Assembly (NCBI GenBank): GCA_963755025.1 | Contig: CAVWIH010000011.1 | Span: 32,001 to 96,000 of the forward strand | DNA length: 64,000 bases | Direction: 5' to 3' | Source of the DNA: an uncultured Actinomycetes bacterium | GTDB taxonomy: Bacteria; Actinomycetota; Thermoleophilia; UBA2241 | Shown: one piece after another, positions 1 to 16,574 of the stretch | Position numbering within the stretch: position 1 is the first letter of the stretch | Layout: every line of letters starts with the position of its first letter | Translations under genes and position numbers: made by a program | The notes under the pieces: generated by a model | What the model saw: the letters and a program-made list of their open reading frames with translations, nothing else | What the model was told of the DNA's origin: nothing | Databases searched by the model: none

Positions 1-37
1 GCCTGCCTGCACCCTGACCCGATCGCACACGAACCCC

Positions 38-90
38 TTAACGCCGCGCCTCACGTACGTAACGCGAACTTAAGAATCGGCCGCTATCGT
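38..90 (+). promoter_or_regulatory. Putative promoter with phased TTAA-like boxes and -10 TATCGT, upstream of candidate sRNA copy 1
   Basis: TTAAC(38), CTCAC(50), GTAAC(59), TTAAG(70) at roughly 10-11 bp spacing, then CGGCCGC and TATCGT (85-90); same architecture recurs at 4005-4059 on the minus strand. Confidence 0.5.
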
Positions 91-95
91 TGTGT

Positions 96-160
96 CACCC
101 TCCTTACAAGGGCAGCCCCAAGCCCTTGGCGAGCCCCGCCCCCAGCGGGGCTCGCGCCAG
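96..160 (+). ncRNA. Candidate small RNA, two hairpins with C-rich loops (6C-like), copy 1
   Basis: CAAGGGC-agccccaa-GCCCTTG (107-128) directly followed by GCGAGCCCCGC-cccca-GCGGGGCTCGC (129-155); paralogous copy at 3930-3998 (-). Confidence 0.55.
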
Positions 161-194
161 TTCCGGGTCGCTTTCGGCGAACGGGTCGCCCCGG

Positions 195-274
195 GCGCCG
201 CCTCGGGCACACACCCCGGCGCCGCCTCGAGCACACCCCAGCGCCGCCTCGAGCACACACCCCAGCGCCGCCTC
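195..274. repeat. Intergenic tandem repeat, ~3.5 x 22-24 bp (GCGCCGCCTCG(G/A)GCACAC(AC)CCC(A/G))
   Basis: Units start at 195, 219, 241, 265. Confidence 0.85.
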
Positions 275-413
275 AAAGGCACCTCCCGACACCGCCGCGG
301 ACCGCCGCTCACGCGCCACGCACGGCTTTCTCGCGCGGTGCTCATCTGCTCCCTGTACAAGCGGTGGGCACGGTGCGGCGGCGGCGGCACACGACCGCGA
401 AAGGCGATTCAGC

Positions 414-891
414 GTGGGCAAGACTCGGGTCCTCTTTCTCTGCGTGGGCAACACGGCTCGCAGCCAGATGGCCGAGGCGTTTCTGCGAGCCTACGGCGGG
501 GACCGGTACGAGGCGCGCAGCGCCGGCCTCCAGCCGCAGGAGATCGAGCCTCTGGCCATCGTGGTCATGCAGGAGGCCGGCTTCGACATGCGCAGCCACT
601 TTCCGAAGGGCCTGAGAGCTCCCCCGCAGGCTCCGCTTCGACTACGTGATCACGGTCTGCAACCGCGCCGAGCGCCGGTACGCGAGGCTGCCGGGCATGG
701 GCGAACATCTCAGCTGGCCGTTTGCCGACCCCGCCGCCTGCACGGGAAGTGAAGCGGAGCGTCTGGCCGGCTATCGCAGGGTCCGCGACGGCATCGACCT
801 GTTCATCCGCGAGTGGCTCGGGGAGCGCGACGCGAGACCGTCGGCAGCCTCACCTCAAGCTCGCCGCCACGACACGCGGCGCTCACCATAA
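414..891 (+). CDS. arsC: Arsenate reductase ArsC / LMW-PTPase family (frameshift near 620)
   Basis: [18 protein letters not shown]...SAG in one frame, continuing as FDYVITVC...WPFADP...YRRVRDGI in ORF 646..891. Confidence 0.8.
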
Positions 892-964
892 CGTCTCATG
901 ATGAGCTCGGCATGCCGCATGGTGCGATGCGCGCTCCACGACCGAAAGAAGGCGGGTGGCTGCG

Positions 965-1379
965 ATGACGACAGAGCTCTCCCAAGGTCCGGTCTCGAGC
1001 GTCGAAGTGGAGGTCGCCTGGCTCCGGCAGCCAAAGCTCCCGTTCGAGGTCGGCGTCGTCACCGTGTCGGAGCGCACCTCGCTCGTCGTTCTGCAGGGTG
1101 AGGTCGACGGCAGGACGGTGCCGCTCGTGCGCGATGCCGTAGTGGGCGCCCTCGATACGGGCGCCAAGGCGCTCGTGATCGACCTCAGCGCGGTATCGTC
1201 GATCGACAGCCTGGGGCTCGGCGTGATCGTCATGGCCGCCCGGAACCTGGGCCTGGGCGCGGTCGCCGTGGTCCTGCCGTACCGCGGGCTGGTGCGTATC
1301 TTCCGCCTCTGCGGCCTCGATCGCCTGCTCGAAGATCTACCAGACGCGCGAGCTCGCCCTGCGCGGCGTGCTGGGGTGA
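965..1379 (+). CDS. STAS-domain anti-sigma factor antagonist (frameshift near 1333)
   Basis: LQGEVD...LVIDLSAVSSIDSLGLGVIV...IFRLCGLDRLL; typical C-terminus IYQTRELAL in shifted frame, stop at 1377-1379. Confidence 0.8.
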
Positions 1380-1398
1380 GACGCCGGGCGAGAGCCCG

Positions 1399-2926
1399 TC
1401 AAGGCACGGGTACGCACGAGGCCGCCAGAGCGAGCATCGTGGTGTTCGAGAGTTGCTCGTCGAGGGTGTTCGAGACCCAGTAGGCCACGCCGGCGGAGCG
1501 CCAGGCGACCATGCGCAAACGGTCGCCGTCGTAGTACAGCGAGCAGAGGCGCCCGCCGACCGTCGCGGTCGAGTCGGGGCTCGCCAGGATCGGGGCCGCC
1601 GGCCAGGCGATGGCCTGCACATCCCAGGAACCGCCCTGGGGCGTCGTGCCCACCACGACCGCCGCCTTGACCGCGCCCGAGGGTGTCGACACGGTGTACG
1701 AACGAAACTCGTCGTATCCCGCGCCGGCGGGCAGGCTCGCCGGCAGAGAGAGGGGCAAGCCGCAGCGGCGCTGCAGCGCCCGCCACTTCGGCCACGTGGC
1801 GGAGCGAGTCGGTGACGACCGGCTTGGAACCGGACGCCGCCGTCGAGGGTGACGCGGACGGGCTCGCTGCGCTCGTCGGCGCCGAGGCGGTCGTCGCCGC
1901 GCCGGCCTTTACCCCGGCCGCCGCTGTGCGAGGCGTCGCCCACTGGGGGTGCAGAAACCGGCGCACCGCCGCGCGCACCTGACCCCGGGTCGCCACGACG
2001 TAGTCGATGCCGTCGATCATCGGCGCGGAGCCGTAGACGTGGGTCTGATAGACGCGGGCGTTGTCGAGCCGCAGCGCCAGCTTGAGCAGCCCGTACGACT
2101 TGCCCAGGCTCGAGATGTCGGAGGTCACGTTGTGCGAGACGATGCCCATCACGGCCAGGAACCGCGGCAGACTGGAGAGCCTGGCCGACGTCATGAGCTG
2201 CCGCTTCATCTCGCGCAGAAAGATCTCCTGGCGCACGATGCGCGTGAAGTCGCCGCTCTGGTCGTGACGGAACCGCACCCACGACAGCGCGGCGGCGCCG
2301 CTCAAGCGCTGGTAGCCCGGCTGTATGTTGATCGATGCGTAGTCGGTCACCGCGGTGTCGTTGTAGTAGCGGCGGTCGATCATGAGGTAGGCGCCGCCGA
2401 GCTTGTTGACGACCTGCTTGAAGCCGTCGAAGTCGATGTCGACGAAGTCGTTGATGGGAATGCCCAGCAACCGCTTGGTGACCCGTAACGAGAGCGCGGC
2501 GCCGCCATAGGCGTAGGCGGCGTTTATCTTGGTGAGTCCGTAGCCGGGGATCTCGACGCGCAGGTCGCGCGGCACGGAGAGCAGGGAGATGCTGTCCGTC
2601 TGCGGGTCGAGGCGCACGACCATCAGCGTGTCGGAGCGCGCGCCCAGGCTGAGGTCGCCGGCGCGCCGGTCGCTGCCCAGGACGAGGATGTTGATCGGCT
2701 TTCCCGGCCGGCTGTGCGCGAGCTGGGGCCGGACCGCCGCGACCTCCTGCGGGTCGTTGCGCGCGACCTGGCCGGTGGTGCGCTGCAGCCAGGCCGCGGC
2801 CACGCCGGCCGTCAGGCCCGCGCACACCGCGAGCGCCACGACCGTCCACACGGCCACGACCAGCCAGCGCGGCCTGCCCGGCAGGCGCTTCGCCTTGACG
2901 ATGACATAGCGGGTTGTGGTGGGCAC
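1399..2926 (-). CDS. LCP (LytR-CpsA-Psr) family cell-wall glycopolymer ligase (frameshift near 1770)
   Basis: N-terminal TM, NILVLGSD, RSDTLMVVRLDP, LSVPRDL, KINAAY, VRFRH..DF.RI.RQ; C-terminal part in ORF 1399..1758. Confidence 0.88.
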
Positions 2927-3097
2927 GGACCGATCCTGAACGCTTCAGCCTGGCGCCCCGCGGATAGGCGGGCCGTGCTCACATTCTGGCGTCACACGAT
3001 GAGGGATCGGTTAGCCGCACGTTGGCCTTTCGCGCACGGATCGGCGCGACACCGGGTCCGCGAGGGGAACGTCGCCCGCTCGTGGCCCCTCAACGCG

Positions 3098-3670
3098 TCA
3101 GACCGGACCCGCCCCGTCGCCGGCGCCGACGTAGTAGCCGACGGTCTGCACCGACCAGCGCCCCTTGGGGTCGATCGCCCTGACCTCGGCGGCCAGCTCG
3201 CTCAGGCGTTCCTCGAAGCGCCGGTAGGCGGCCGCGTCGAAGGCGCTGCGCCGCTCGTCGAAGAGCGCCTGCCAGGCGCGAGAGTCGATGGGTGCGTAGC
3301 TCTTCGGGTAGCACAGCCCCAGGATGGCGGTCGCGACCCCGAGGCCCACGCCGGGCAGTAAGCCGAGGGTCGCGAGCCGTGCGCGCAGTTCGAAGCCGGC
3401 ATCCTTGTCTTTGAAGGCGAAGGCCATCTGCGTGACGCGCTTGATGCGTTTCTCGGAGCTGGACTCGAGCAGATGCGCGGCCCGTCCGTACTGGTCGCCG
3501 AGCTTCCAACGACAGACCGCGAGGAACTCGTCGCACGACAGATAGAAGGGCACGCGCTTGTCGCGAGCGCGAGCCAGGCGGGCCTTGAGCCGCTCGGCCT
3601 CGACGAGGCCGGGGACTTCTGTGTGCTTTGCGGCGAGGCGACGATCCTTCAGGGTGGCGGCGGTGATCAT
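3098..3670 (-). CDS. Hypothetical protein with helix-hairpin-helix (HhH-GPD glycosylase-like) motif
   Basis: LGLLPGVGLGVATAIL...P..YAPIDSR; ATG at 3670. Confidence 0.6.
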   Translation of the reverse strand: MITAATLKDRRLAAKHTEVPGLVEAERLKARLARARDKRVPFYLSCDEFLAVCRWKLGDQYGRAAHLLESSSEKRIKRVTQMAFAFKDKDAGFELRARLATLGLLPGVGLGVATAILGLCYPKSYAPIDSRAWQALFDERRSAFDAAAYRRFEERLSELAAEVRAIDPKGRWSVQTVGYYVGAGDGAGPV

Positions 3671-3797
3671 GGGGCGGACCCTCCCGGCTCGGTCGTTGAG
3701 CGTGACTGCCCTGGATGCTGCCAAGGCCGTGCTCTCTACGTCGTACACCTCAGGGACGACGATGACAAGGCTCAGGCTGAGGGTCACCGGAAGGGGC

Positions 3798-3860
3798 AGC
3801 CCGCCGCCCCGGGGTGAGACGGGGCGGCGGGCTCAGCAGATCCCTGGCTCAGGGGGATCT
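3798..3860 (-). other. Two adjacent hairpins (7-bp and perfect 14-bp stems); terminator or further small RNA
   Basis: AGCCCGCCGCCCCG/CGGGGCGGCGGGCT (3798-3833) and AGATCCC/GGGATCT (3838-3860). Confidence 0.5.
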
Positions 3861-3929
3861 CTGAATCTCAACGTACCCCGCCCGTTTGAGCGTGTCGTGA
3901 GGGTCGGGTGAGTCTTCGCTTCAGACCCT

Positions 3930-3998
3930 ACAAACGCGACGAGCCCCGCGGGGGGGCGGAGCTCGTCGGCAGGGCTTGGGGTTGCCCTTGAGGGGGGT
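3930..3998 (-). ncRNA. Candidate small RNA, two hairpins with C-rich loops (6C-like), copy 2
   Basis: Minus strand: CAAGGGC-aaccccaa-GCCCT then CGACGAGCTCCGC-cccccc-GCGGGGCTCGTCG; 19/20 identity to copy 1 over CAAGGGCA(G/A)CCCCAAGCCCT. Confidence 0.55.
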
Positions 3999-4004
3999 CG
4001 ATAG

Positions 4005-7941
<3,937 letters not shown>

Positions 7942-8075
7942 CGTGCCGGCGATTCTACCGCACCGCCCGGTGTCGCCAGTTGTGACAACGGGGCGCAGGA
8001 GCCCGACGACGCGCGTCGTAGGTATATCGAACCGTACGTTGGACCGCCGCGGAGTTCAGCCTGGTTCGCAACAGC

Positions 8076-8967
8076 ATGTCCCTACACCCCGATATCGTCG
8101 GTCGTCGCGTCACCATGCGCCGCGTGGCGGCCCTCGCAGGCACGCTCGTCGCCGTCTCCGGCATGCTGCTGGCGGGTGGTTCGCTCTACCTGTGGCCGCT
8201 GTTCATCTTCCCTCTGCTGCTCGGCGCGGTGTTCTTCTTCGAGCTCGGCGGCCTGCTGGTGGCCGGCTGGCTCGGCGGCTTCTTCGTGGCCTGCTTCGCC
8301 CTGCGCCAGCCGGTCGACGCCGGCACCACGCGCCAGGCGATCGTGGGCCTCGCCGCGTTCAGCCTGGCGGGCCTCGTCTTCGGGCGCGTGCAGCGCGACC
8401 AGCACCAGCGCCAAGGCACGCTGGCCGCCTCGTCGCTCACCGACCGCCTGACCGGCCTCTACAACTACGGCACCTTCGCCGACTACCTGCACAACGAGGT
8501 CACCAAGGCCGACCGCTACGGCGGCGAGCTCACCCTGATCATGCTCGACCTCGACCACTTCAAGCGCTTCAACGACCGCCACGGGCACGAAGCCGGCAAC
8601 GACCTGCTGCAAACGCGTCGGCGCCACCCTGCAGGCGGTCGTCCGCGAGGCCGACATGGCGGCCCGTTACGGCGGCGAAGAGTTCGCGCTGCTGATCAGC
8701 GGCGACGCCCACGACGGCATCGAGCTCGCCGAGCGCGTGCGCCACGCCATCGAGAGCACGGCGCTCGAGCTGCGCGGCGGCGAGGTGGCGTACGTCACGG
8801 CCAGCGCCGGCGTGGCGACCTACCCCCTCGGATCGTCGAGCGAGTCGCTGCTGGTCGAGCACGCCGACCGCGCGCTCTACGAATCAAAGCGCGCCGGCCG
8901 CAACCGCGTGACGGTCGACACCGACTCGGAGCCGCCCGGACACCTGTCGGTCACGCTCTCGGCCTGA
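8076..8967 (+). CDS. Membrane-anchored GGDEF diguanylate cyclase (frameshift near 8612)
   Basis: N-terminal TMs, TDRLTGLYN, MLDLDHFKRFNDRHGHEAGN, then RYGGEEF...ADRALYESKRAGRNRV. Confidence 0.88.
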
Positions 8968-9004
8968 GCGCCGGCACTCGGCGACCGGGGCCGAGCCGCC
9001 GTGA

Positions 9005-10458
9005 CTACTCAGGAGTGACGAGCTTGGCCGGCCCCAGCTTGGGCAGTCGGGTGTCGGGCCGGGCGAAGACCGCGCCGCTCATGAGCTCGACCCCCACCCG
9101 GCGCAGCGCCTTCATCTGGCGCACGTCGGCGACCTCGGGGGCGATCAGGCGCGCGTCGATGCGCGCCGCGAAGCGCAGCAGGAGCTGCACGATGTCGGTA
9201 AAGGTGGGGTCGTCGGCCGCGCCGGCGCTGATCACCGGGTCGAGCGCCAGGTAGTCGGGCTGGGCCCGGGTGATCAGGTCGAAGGCCGTGAGGCCGCTGC
9301 CCACGCCGGCCACGCACACCGGGAAGCCCATCTCGTGCACCGGCCCGAGCACGCGCAGCGCCGACGCGGCGTTGGCGGCCAGGTCGGCGACCTGCACCTC
9401 GAACACGACGTGCTGCGGCACAAGCGCCTTGTTCAGCGAGTAGAACTCGCTCAGCGCGAGCACCGCCGCGCCGGGCAGCTCGACCGACTCGCAGCGACAG
9501 CATGAGCAGCTCGTCGGGGGCCAGGCCGACGGCCTTGGTGACCGCCAGCTCGCGCGTCTCGATGCCGTAGCTGGGCAGCAGCGCCGAGCGCCGCGCGACC
9601 TCGTCGAGCACGTCGGGCAGGCGCAGCGGCGAGTAGAAGGGCCCGCGGATGGCGGTGTGGTAGCCGAGCACCCGGCGCGTCGGCGACGTCGACCACGGGC
9701 TCGAACAGCGGCTCGAGGCTGTGGTTGGCGACGGCGTCGGCCAGGGTGCGCTCGAGCTCGTCGTCGTAGATCAGCCACTCGCGCTCGGCGGCCTGCATGG
9801 CGGCCGCGACGCCGTTCTGCAGCGACTGCTCGAAGGTGAGGTCGGCGCCGGCCTGCAGCACGGCGACCGTGACGAACGGGTGCACGCGGTCGAACACGCC
9901 CGGCGCGAGGTCGTTCAGGAGCATCGACTGCAGGCGCTCGTAGACGCGCCGGCTGATGGCCGTGAGGTCGTCGCGGGCGATCTCCTTGGCGCGCCGCGGC
10001 GGCGAGAGCACGACGATGAAGGCGTTGTCGGAGAGCGTGAAGTCGGCCAGCACGTCGAGCCTGCGCAGCGAGGTGCCGACCATCTCCTGCAGGATGCTCG
10101 AGCAGGCGTCGAGCACGTCGGAGGTGACCTGCCAGCCGAAGACGCGCTCGAGGCGCCCGTAGCGCTTGAGGCCGACGTAGAGGATGGCCACCTCGCCGCG
10201 CTTTTCGAGCTCGAGACGGATGCCGTCGGCGATCAGGCGCAGCGAGGGCAGGGCGAGCGTGTCGTCGCTCACCAGGTTGCGCAGGTTGGCGCGCGCCTGC
10301 TGGGCGATGCGCTCGGAGGCGCGCTCCTCGGCGCCGCGTGCGGCCGCGGGCTGCCCGGCCTTGGGCTCGCCGTCGTTGCCGGCGCCCCCGCCGCCCTTGT
10401 GCTGCTCGGCCTCGCGCTCACCGTCGTGGGGCGCGCGCTCGTCGTCGTGGCCCTGCAT
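9005..10458 (-). CDS. Degenerate GGDEF-EAL domain protein (two frameshifts)
   Basis: LEPLFEPVVDV, VVFEV, PDYLALD, GAVFARP match EAL fold across ORFs 9451..10458, 9009..9671, 9005..9778; catalytic motifs altered. Confidence 0.7.
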
Positions 10459-10478
10459 GGTCTCCCCCGCCGGCGGAC

Positions 10479-10853
10479 CTAGCCGGTCTTGTCGGTGCTC
10501 GGGCGACGCGAGGCGTCGCCGCCGGACTTGCCTTCGCTTTTCTTGGCGTCGCCGCCGCCGTTGCCGGCGGCGCCCGACGCGGGCTTGTCCGCTTTTTTGG
10601 AGGTGTCGCTGCTCGCGGGCTTGGCCTCGTCGGCCGTGCGGGCGGCGTCGCTCGCGGCGCGCGCCTTGCTGGAGCCGCGCCCGTAGTCGGTGGTGTAGAA
10701 ACCCGAGCCTTTGAAGTGGATGGCGACCGGGTGCAGCACCTTGGAGACGTGCCCGCCGCAGACCTCACAGGTCTCGAGCGGGTCGTCTGAGAACTTCTGG
10801 AAGACCTCGAGGGTGTGGCCGCACACCTCGCAGCGGTACTCGTAGATCGGCAA
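10479..10853 (-). CDS. FmdB family zinc-ribbon protein
   Basis: MPIYEYRCEVCGH...CEVCGG...FKGSGFYTTDY. Confidence 0.92.
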   Translation of the reverse strand: MPIYEYRCEVCGHTLEVFQKFSDDPLETCEVCGGHVSKVLHPVAIHFKGSGFYTTDYGRGSSKARAASDAARTADEAKPASSDTSKKADKPASGAAGNGGGDAKKSEGKSGGDASRRPSTDKTG

Positions 10854-10949
10854 AGCTCTGCTCCTGGGCTTCGTTGCGGCTCGGGTTTTTCAGTCTAGCA
10901 CAGGCTCGCCCGTGGTCGGCGCGAGCCGGTTGCGAGACGCGAGCCGCCG

Positions 10950-11662
10950 CTACTGCCCGGGCGTGAAGGGCGGCACGTGCCCGGGAATGAGCGTGACGGC
11001 TCCCCACGAGGCGATCGCCCGCCAGGATGCCGCGAGCACCGGGTCGGGCCCGGCGTCGGCGCCGGCCACGACGCGCTCGAAGTCGTCGCGCAACGGGCCG
11101 ATAGTGTCGCCGGTGAGCACGACGAGGCCGGCCGCGGTGTCGACCTTGAAGCACACGCTGCCCTCGGTGTGGCCCGGCGTGCGCGCCCAGGCGATGCCCG
11201 GCGCGAGCTCGCCCTGCGTCGCCCGACAGCAGCCGCAACCGCTCGAGCGGCAGCAGGCCGGCCACCATGGCGCGGCCCGGGTCGTCGAGCTCGAGCTCGT
11301 GCATGGCCACCGGCCCCGGCACGTCGGCACAGGCGCCGGCGTGGTCCAAGTGGGCGTGCGTGAGGGCGATGAAGTCGAGGTCGGCCACGCCCAGGCCGCG
11401 AGCGGCCAGCGCCTTGATGACGGGCTCGTTCTGCAGGTGCGATGCCGGGATCGACCAGGATGGTCTGCGGGCCGCGCAGCAGCACCGTGTTGGGGAACGT
11501 GGTCATGCCCACCACCTGGCGTGCGGCGGCCAGCGCCTCGTAGGCCACGAAGCCCTCGGGCGAGCGGTGGTCGGGCTCGACCTCGACGCGCCCGCCGTCG
11601 ACCCAGAAGGCGAAGCGCGCCGTGGGCAGCAGCAGGTCGACGTCGTACACGGGCGCGCTCAT
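10950..11662 (-). CDS. MBL-fold metallo-hydrolase (two frameshifts)
   Basis: ILVDPG, LTHAHLDHAG, TPGHTEG, LTGD, LIPGH in successive frames. Confidence 0.8.
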
Positions 11663-11664
11663 GG

Positions 11665-12012
11665 TCAGACGGCGGCCGGGGCGTCGGCGGCCTCGGGGCC
11701 GTTGGGGTCGCGCGCGTAGACCACGTCGACGCGCTCGAGGTTGAGCACGAGGTACGGCACGGTCTCGATCAGCTCGTCGCTCGCGGCGCGGTAGATGCTC
11801 GCCCGCGACAGGGTGAGGCGGTCGTCGGTGATGTGACGCAGATGGTCTGACGAGCGGCGGCTCGACACCCGGCCGTTGTGGCCGAAATGGGCGTAGCCCA
11901 CGATCTTGAGGCCGCCCGTGTAGGCCACCACTTCGAGCTCGAGAAAGCCGATCTCGACCTTGAACTCGGGGCCCGACTCGCCGTTGCGCACCATCACCTG
12001 TTCGTCGTCCAC
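11665..12012 (-). CDS. Hypothetical protein (DUF6812-like small beta protein)
   Basis: GTG start with AGGAG RBS; KIVG.AH...R.SD.L....LTL..A...YLVLN pattern; GC3-rich codon usage. Confidence 0.55.
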   Translation of the reverse strand: MDDEQVMVRNGESGPEFKVEIGFLELEVVAYTGGLKIVGYAHFGHNGRVSSRRSSDHLRHITDDRLTLSRASIYRAASDELIETVPYLVLNLERVDVVYARDPNGPEAADAPAAV

Positions 12013-12122
12013 GCTCTTCTCCTCGCCTAACAGAAAGAATTCCACGGCGGACTCCTCGGCTGCGTTTTCGTGGCTCGAGCACGCGACCGCCGGCCGCTTG
12101 CCGGCCGGCGCCTGCGTGCTCG

Positions 12123-12320
12123 TCACTCGTCTACAGTCTCTTTGTCGCCCGTGGCGCAGGATTCTTGAGTACAGGGGGGCCCGCCAAAGGCGGCCACGGC
12201 GCGACAGGCGCGCGCCGCGAGCATGCTGCGGCAGCGCCGGCCGGCGGCGCCGGGCGCCAGGACGACGCTCAGGGCGCCGCCCAGGATGGTGCCGACGAAC
12301 AACGTACGCACGCGTGCCAT
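12123..12320 (-). CDS. Small membrane protein, YtxH-like N-terminus
   Basis: [18 protein letters not shown] hydrophobic segment; TATAGT -10-like hexamer just upstream of ATG (possibly leaderless). Confidence 0.4.
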   Translation of the reverse strand: MARVRTLFVGTILGGALSVVLAPGAAGRRCRSMLAARACRAVAAFGGPPCTQESCATGDKETVDE

Positions 12321-12387
12321 GCAGCCACTATAGGACAGGGCGCGCGGCCCGGGCAACGCCCGGGCCGCGCGCCCCCACGGCCCGCTT

Positions 12388-14849
<2,462 letters not shown>

Positions 14850-14999
14850 ATCGTCATCCTTCGTCGTCGTCTCTCGCACAAATCGTTGGTCGTCGCGAGC
14901 GGCGGTCGCTTGCGGCGCCGGGGCGCCGGCTTTGTAGCGGCGGCGCGTGCCGACGCCGTTAGCGGCGTCGGGGGCGTCGCGCCTTAGCAGCGGCGACCC

Positions 15000-15407
15000 T
15001 TAGCGGCGCCGCTTGCCGACGCGCACGATCGCCATGTGGCCGAGCGGCACCAGGTCGCGGCGCGACGAACGCTCGACGCGGCGCACCTCGTCGCGCAGGT
15101 CGTCGGCGGCGCGCGCCAGCTGCGTCTCCAAGCGCAGCACCTGGTCGTGCGCCAGCGCGAGCTGGCTTTCGAGCGCGAGCACGCGCTCGACGCCGGCCAG
15201 GTTGAGACCGAGGTCGGTCAGCTCCTGGATGCGTTGCAGGCGGTCGACGTCGGCGCGCGAGTAGAGCCGCGTGTTCTTGGCCGAACGCTGCGGCTGCAAC
15301 AGGCCGCGGCGCTCGTAGAGGCGCAGCGTCTGCGGGTGCATGGCGGCCAGCTCGGCCGCGATCGAGATCATGAAGAGCGGTCTGGTAGGGTCGTCGCGTT
15401 GCGCCAT
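15000..15407 (-). CDS. hspR: Heat-shock transcriptional repressor HspR (MerR family)
   Basis: ISIAAELAAMHPQTLRLYERRGLL.P.RS..NTRLYS..D...GLNLAGV; follows dnaJ. Confidence 0.92.
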   Translation of the reverse strand: MAQRDDPTRPLFMISIAAELAAMHPQTLRLYERRGLLQPQRSAKNTRLYSRADVDRLQRIQELTDLGLNLAGVERVLALESQLALAHDQVLRLETQLARAADDLRDEVRRVERSSRRDLVPLGHMAIVRVGKRRR

Positions 15408-15437
15408 GGCGCATCACCGCCCGGGTCGTCTTTGTGG

Positions 15438-16571
15438 CTAGATGCCCCCGAAGCGCGCCGCGCGCGGGTCGGGCTCGGTCTTGCCGAGCTCCTCGGCAAG
15501 TCGCTTCTGTTCCTTGCTCAGCTTGGTCGGCACGATCAGCCGCACGCGCGCCAGCAGGTCGCCGTTGCCGCCGCCCTTGAGGCGCGGCGCGCCCTTGCCG
15601 CGCAAGCGCAGCGTACGCCCGTCGGAGCTGCCCGCCGGCACCTTGAGCGACACCTTGCCGCCGCCCGGCGTGGGCACGCGCGCGGTGGCGCCGAGCATCG
15701 CCTCGGCCATGGTCACCGGCACCTCGATCATGAGGTCGTCGCCGCGGCGCTCGAACAGGCCGGAGTCTTCGACGTGCACGACCACGTAGAGGTCGCCGGG
15801 CTGACCGCCGGCGGCGCCGCCCTCGCCCTTGCCCTTGAGGCGGATCTTGGTGCCCTCTTTGGCGCCCGCCGGGATCTTCACCGCGTAGCGCCGCGTCTGG
15901 CGGGTGACGCCGCCGCCGTGACAGGTGGGGCACGGCGAGTCGATCACGGTGCCGTTGCCGTGGCAGCGCGGGCAGGGCACCGAGATGGCAAAGGGGCCCT
16001 GGTTCTGCGCCATGACGCCGCGGCCGTGGCACTCGGGACAGATCTTGGGCGAGGTGCCCGGCGCCGCGCCGGTACCGTGACAGGTAGGGCAGGGGCCGTT
16101 GCTCTCGACCGGCACGCGCACCGAGGCGCCGTTCAGCGAGTCGTCGAACGAGATGGTGACGTCGGCCTGCAGGTCGGCGCCGCGCTGGGCCGTGGCGCGG
16201 CCGCCGCGGCGGTTACCCTGCCCCGCGCCGCCGAAGAGGCTCGAGAGGATGTCGCCGAAGTCGCCCATCTGGAACGCCTGGCCGCCGCCCTGCTGGAACA
16301 TGCTCGGGTCGAAGCCCTGAAAGCCGCCCTGGCCGGGGCGTCCGGTGCGCGGGTCGAAGGCGCCCAGGCGCAGCATCTCGTCGTAGTGCTTGCGCTTGTC
16401 GGGGTCGGAGAGCGTCTCGTAGGCCTCGCTGACCTCTTTGAACTTGTCTTCGGCGCCCTTGTCGGAGTTGGTGTCGGGGTGGTACTTGCGCGCCAGCTTG
16501 CGAAAGGCCTTGCGGACCTCGTCGGGCGAGGCCTCGCGCGGGACTCCGAGCGTCTTGTAGAAATCGGCCAT
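15438..16571 (-). CDS. dnaJ: Chaperone DnaJ
   Basis: J domain with HPD, G/F-rich region, four CxxCxGxG repeats. Confidence 0.97.
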   Translation of the reverse strand: MADFYKTLGVPREASPDEVRKAFRKLARKYHPDTNSDKGAEDKFKEVSEAYETLSDPDKRKHYDEMLRLGAFDPRTGRPGQGGFQGFDPSMFQQGGGQAFQMGDFGDILSSLFGGAGQGNRRGGRATAQRGADLQADVTISFDDSLNGASVRVPVESNGPCPTCHGTGAAPGTSPKICPECHGRGVMAQNQGPFAISVPCPRCHGNGTVIDSPCPTCHGGGVTRQTRRYAVKIPAGAKEGTKIRLKGKGEGGAAGGQPGDLYVVVHVEDSGLFERRGDDLMIEVPVTMAEAMLGATARVPTPGGGKVSLKVPAGSSDGRTLRLRGKGAPRLKGGGNGDLLARVRLIVPTKLSKEQKRLAEELGKTEPDPRAARFGGI

Positions 16572-16574
16572 GGG

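Noticed and set aside
195-274. Possible mini-CRISPR arrays (also 27174-27255 and 40696-40804)
   Set aside because: Units are contiguous or nearly so, with no unique 25-45 bp spacers and no cas genes in the window
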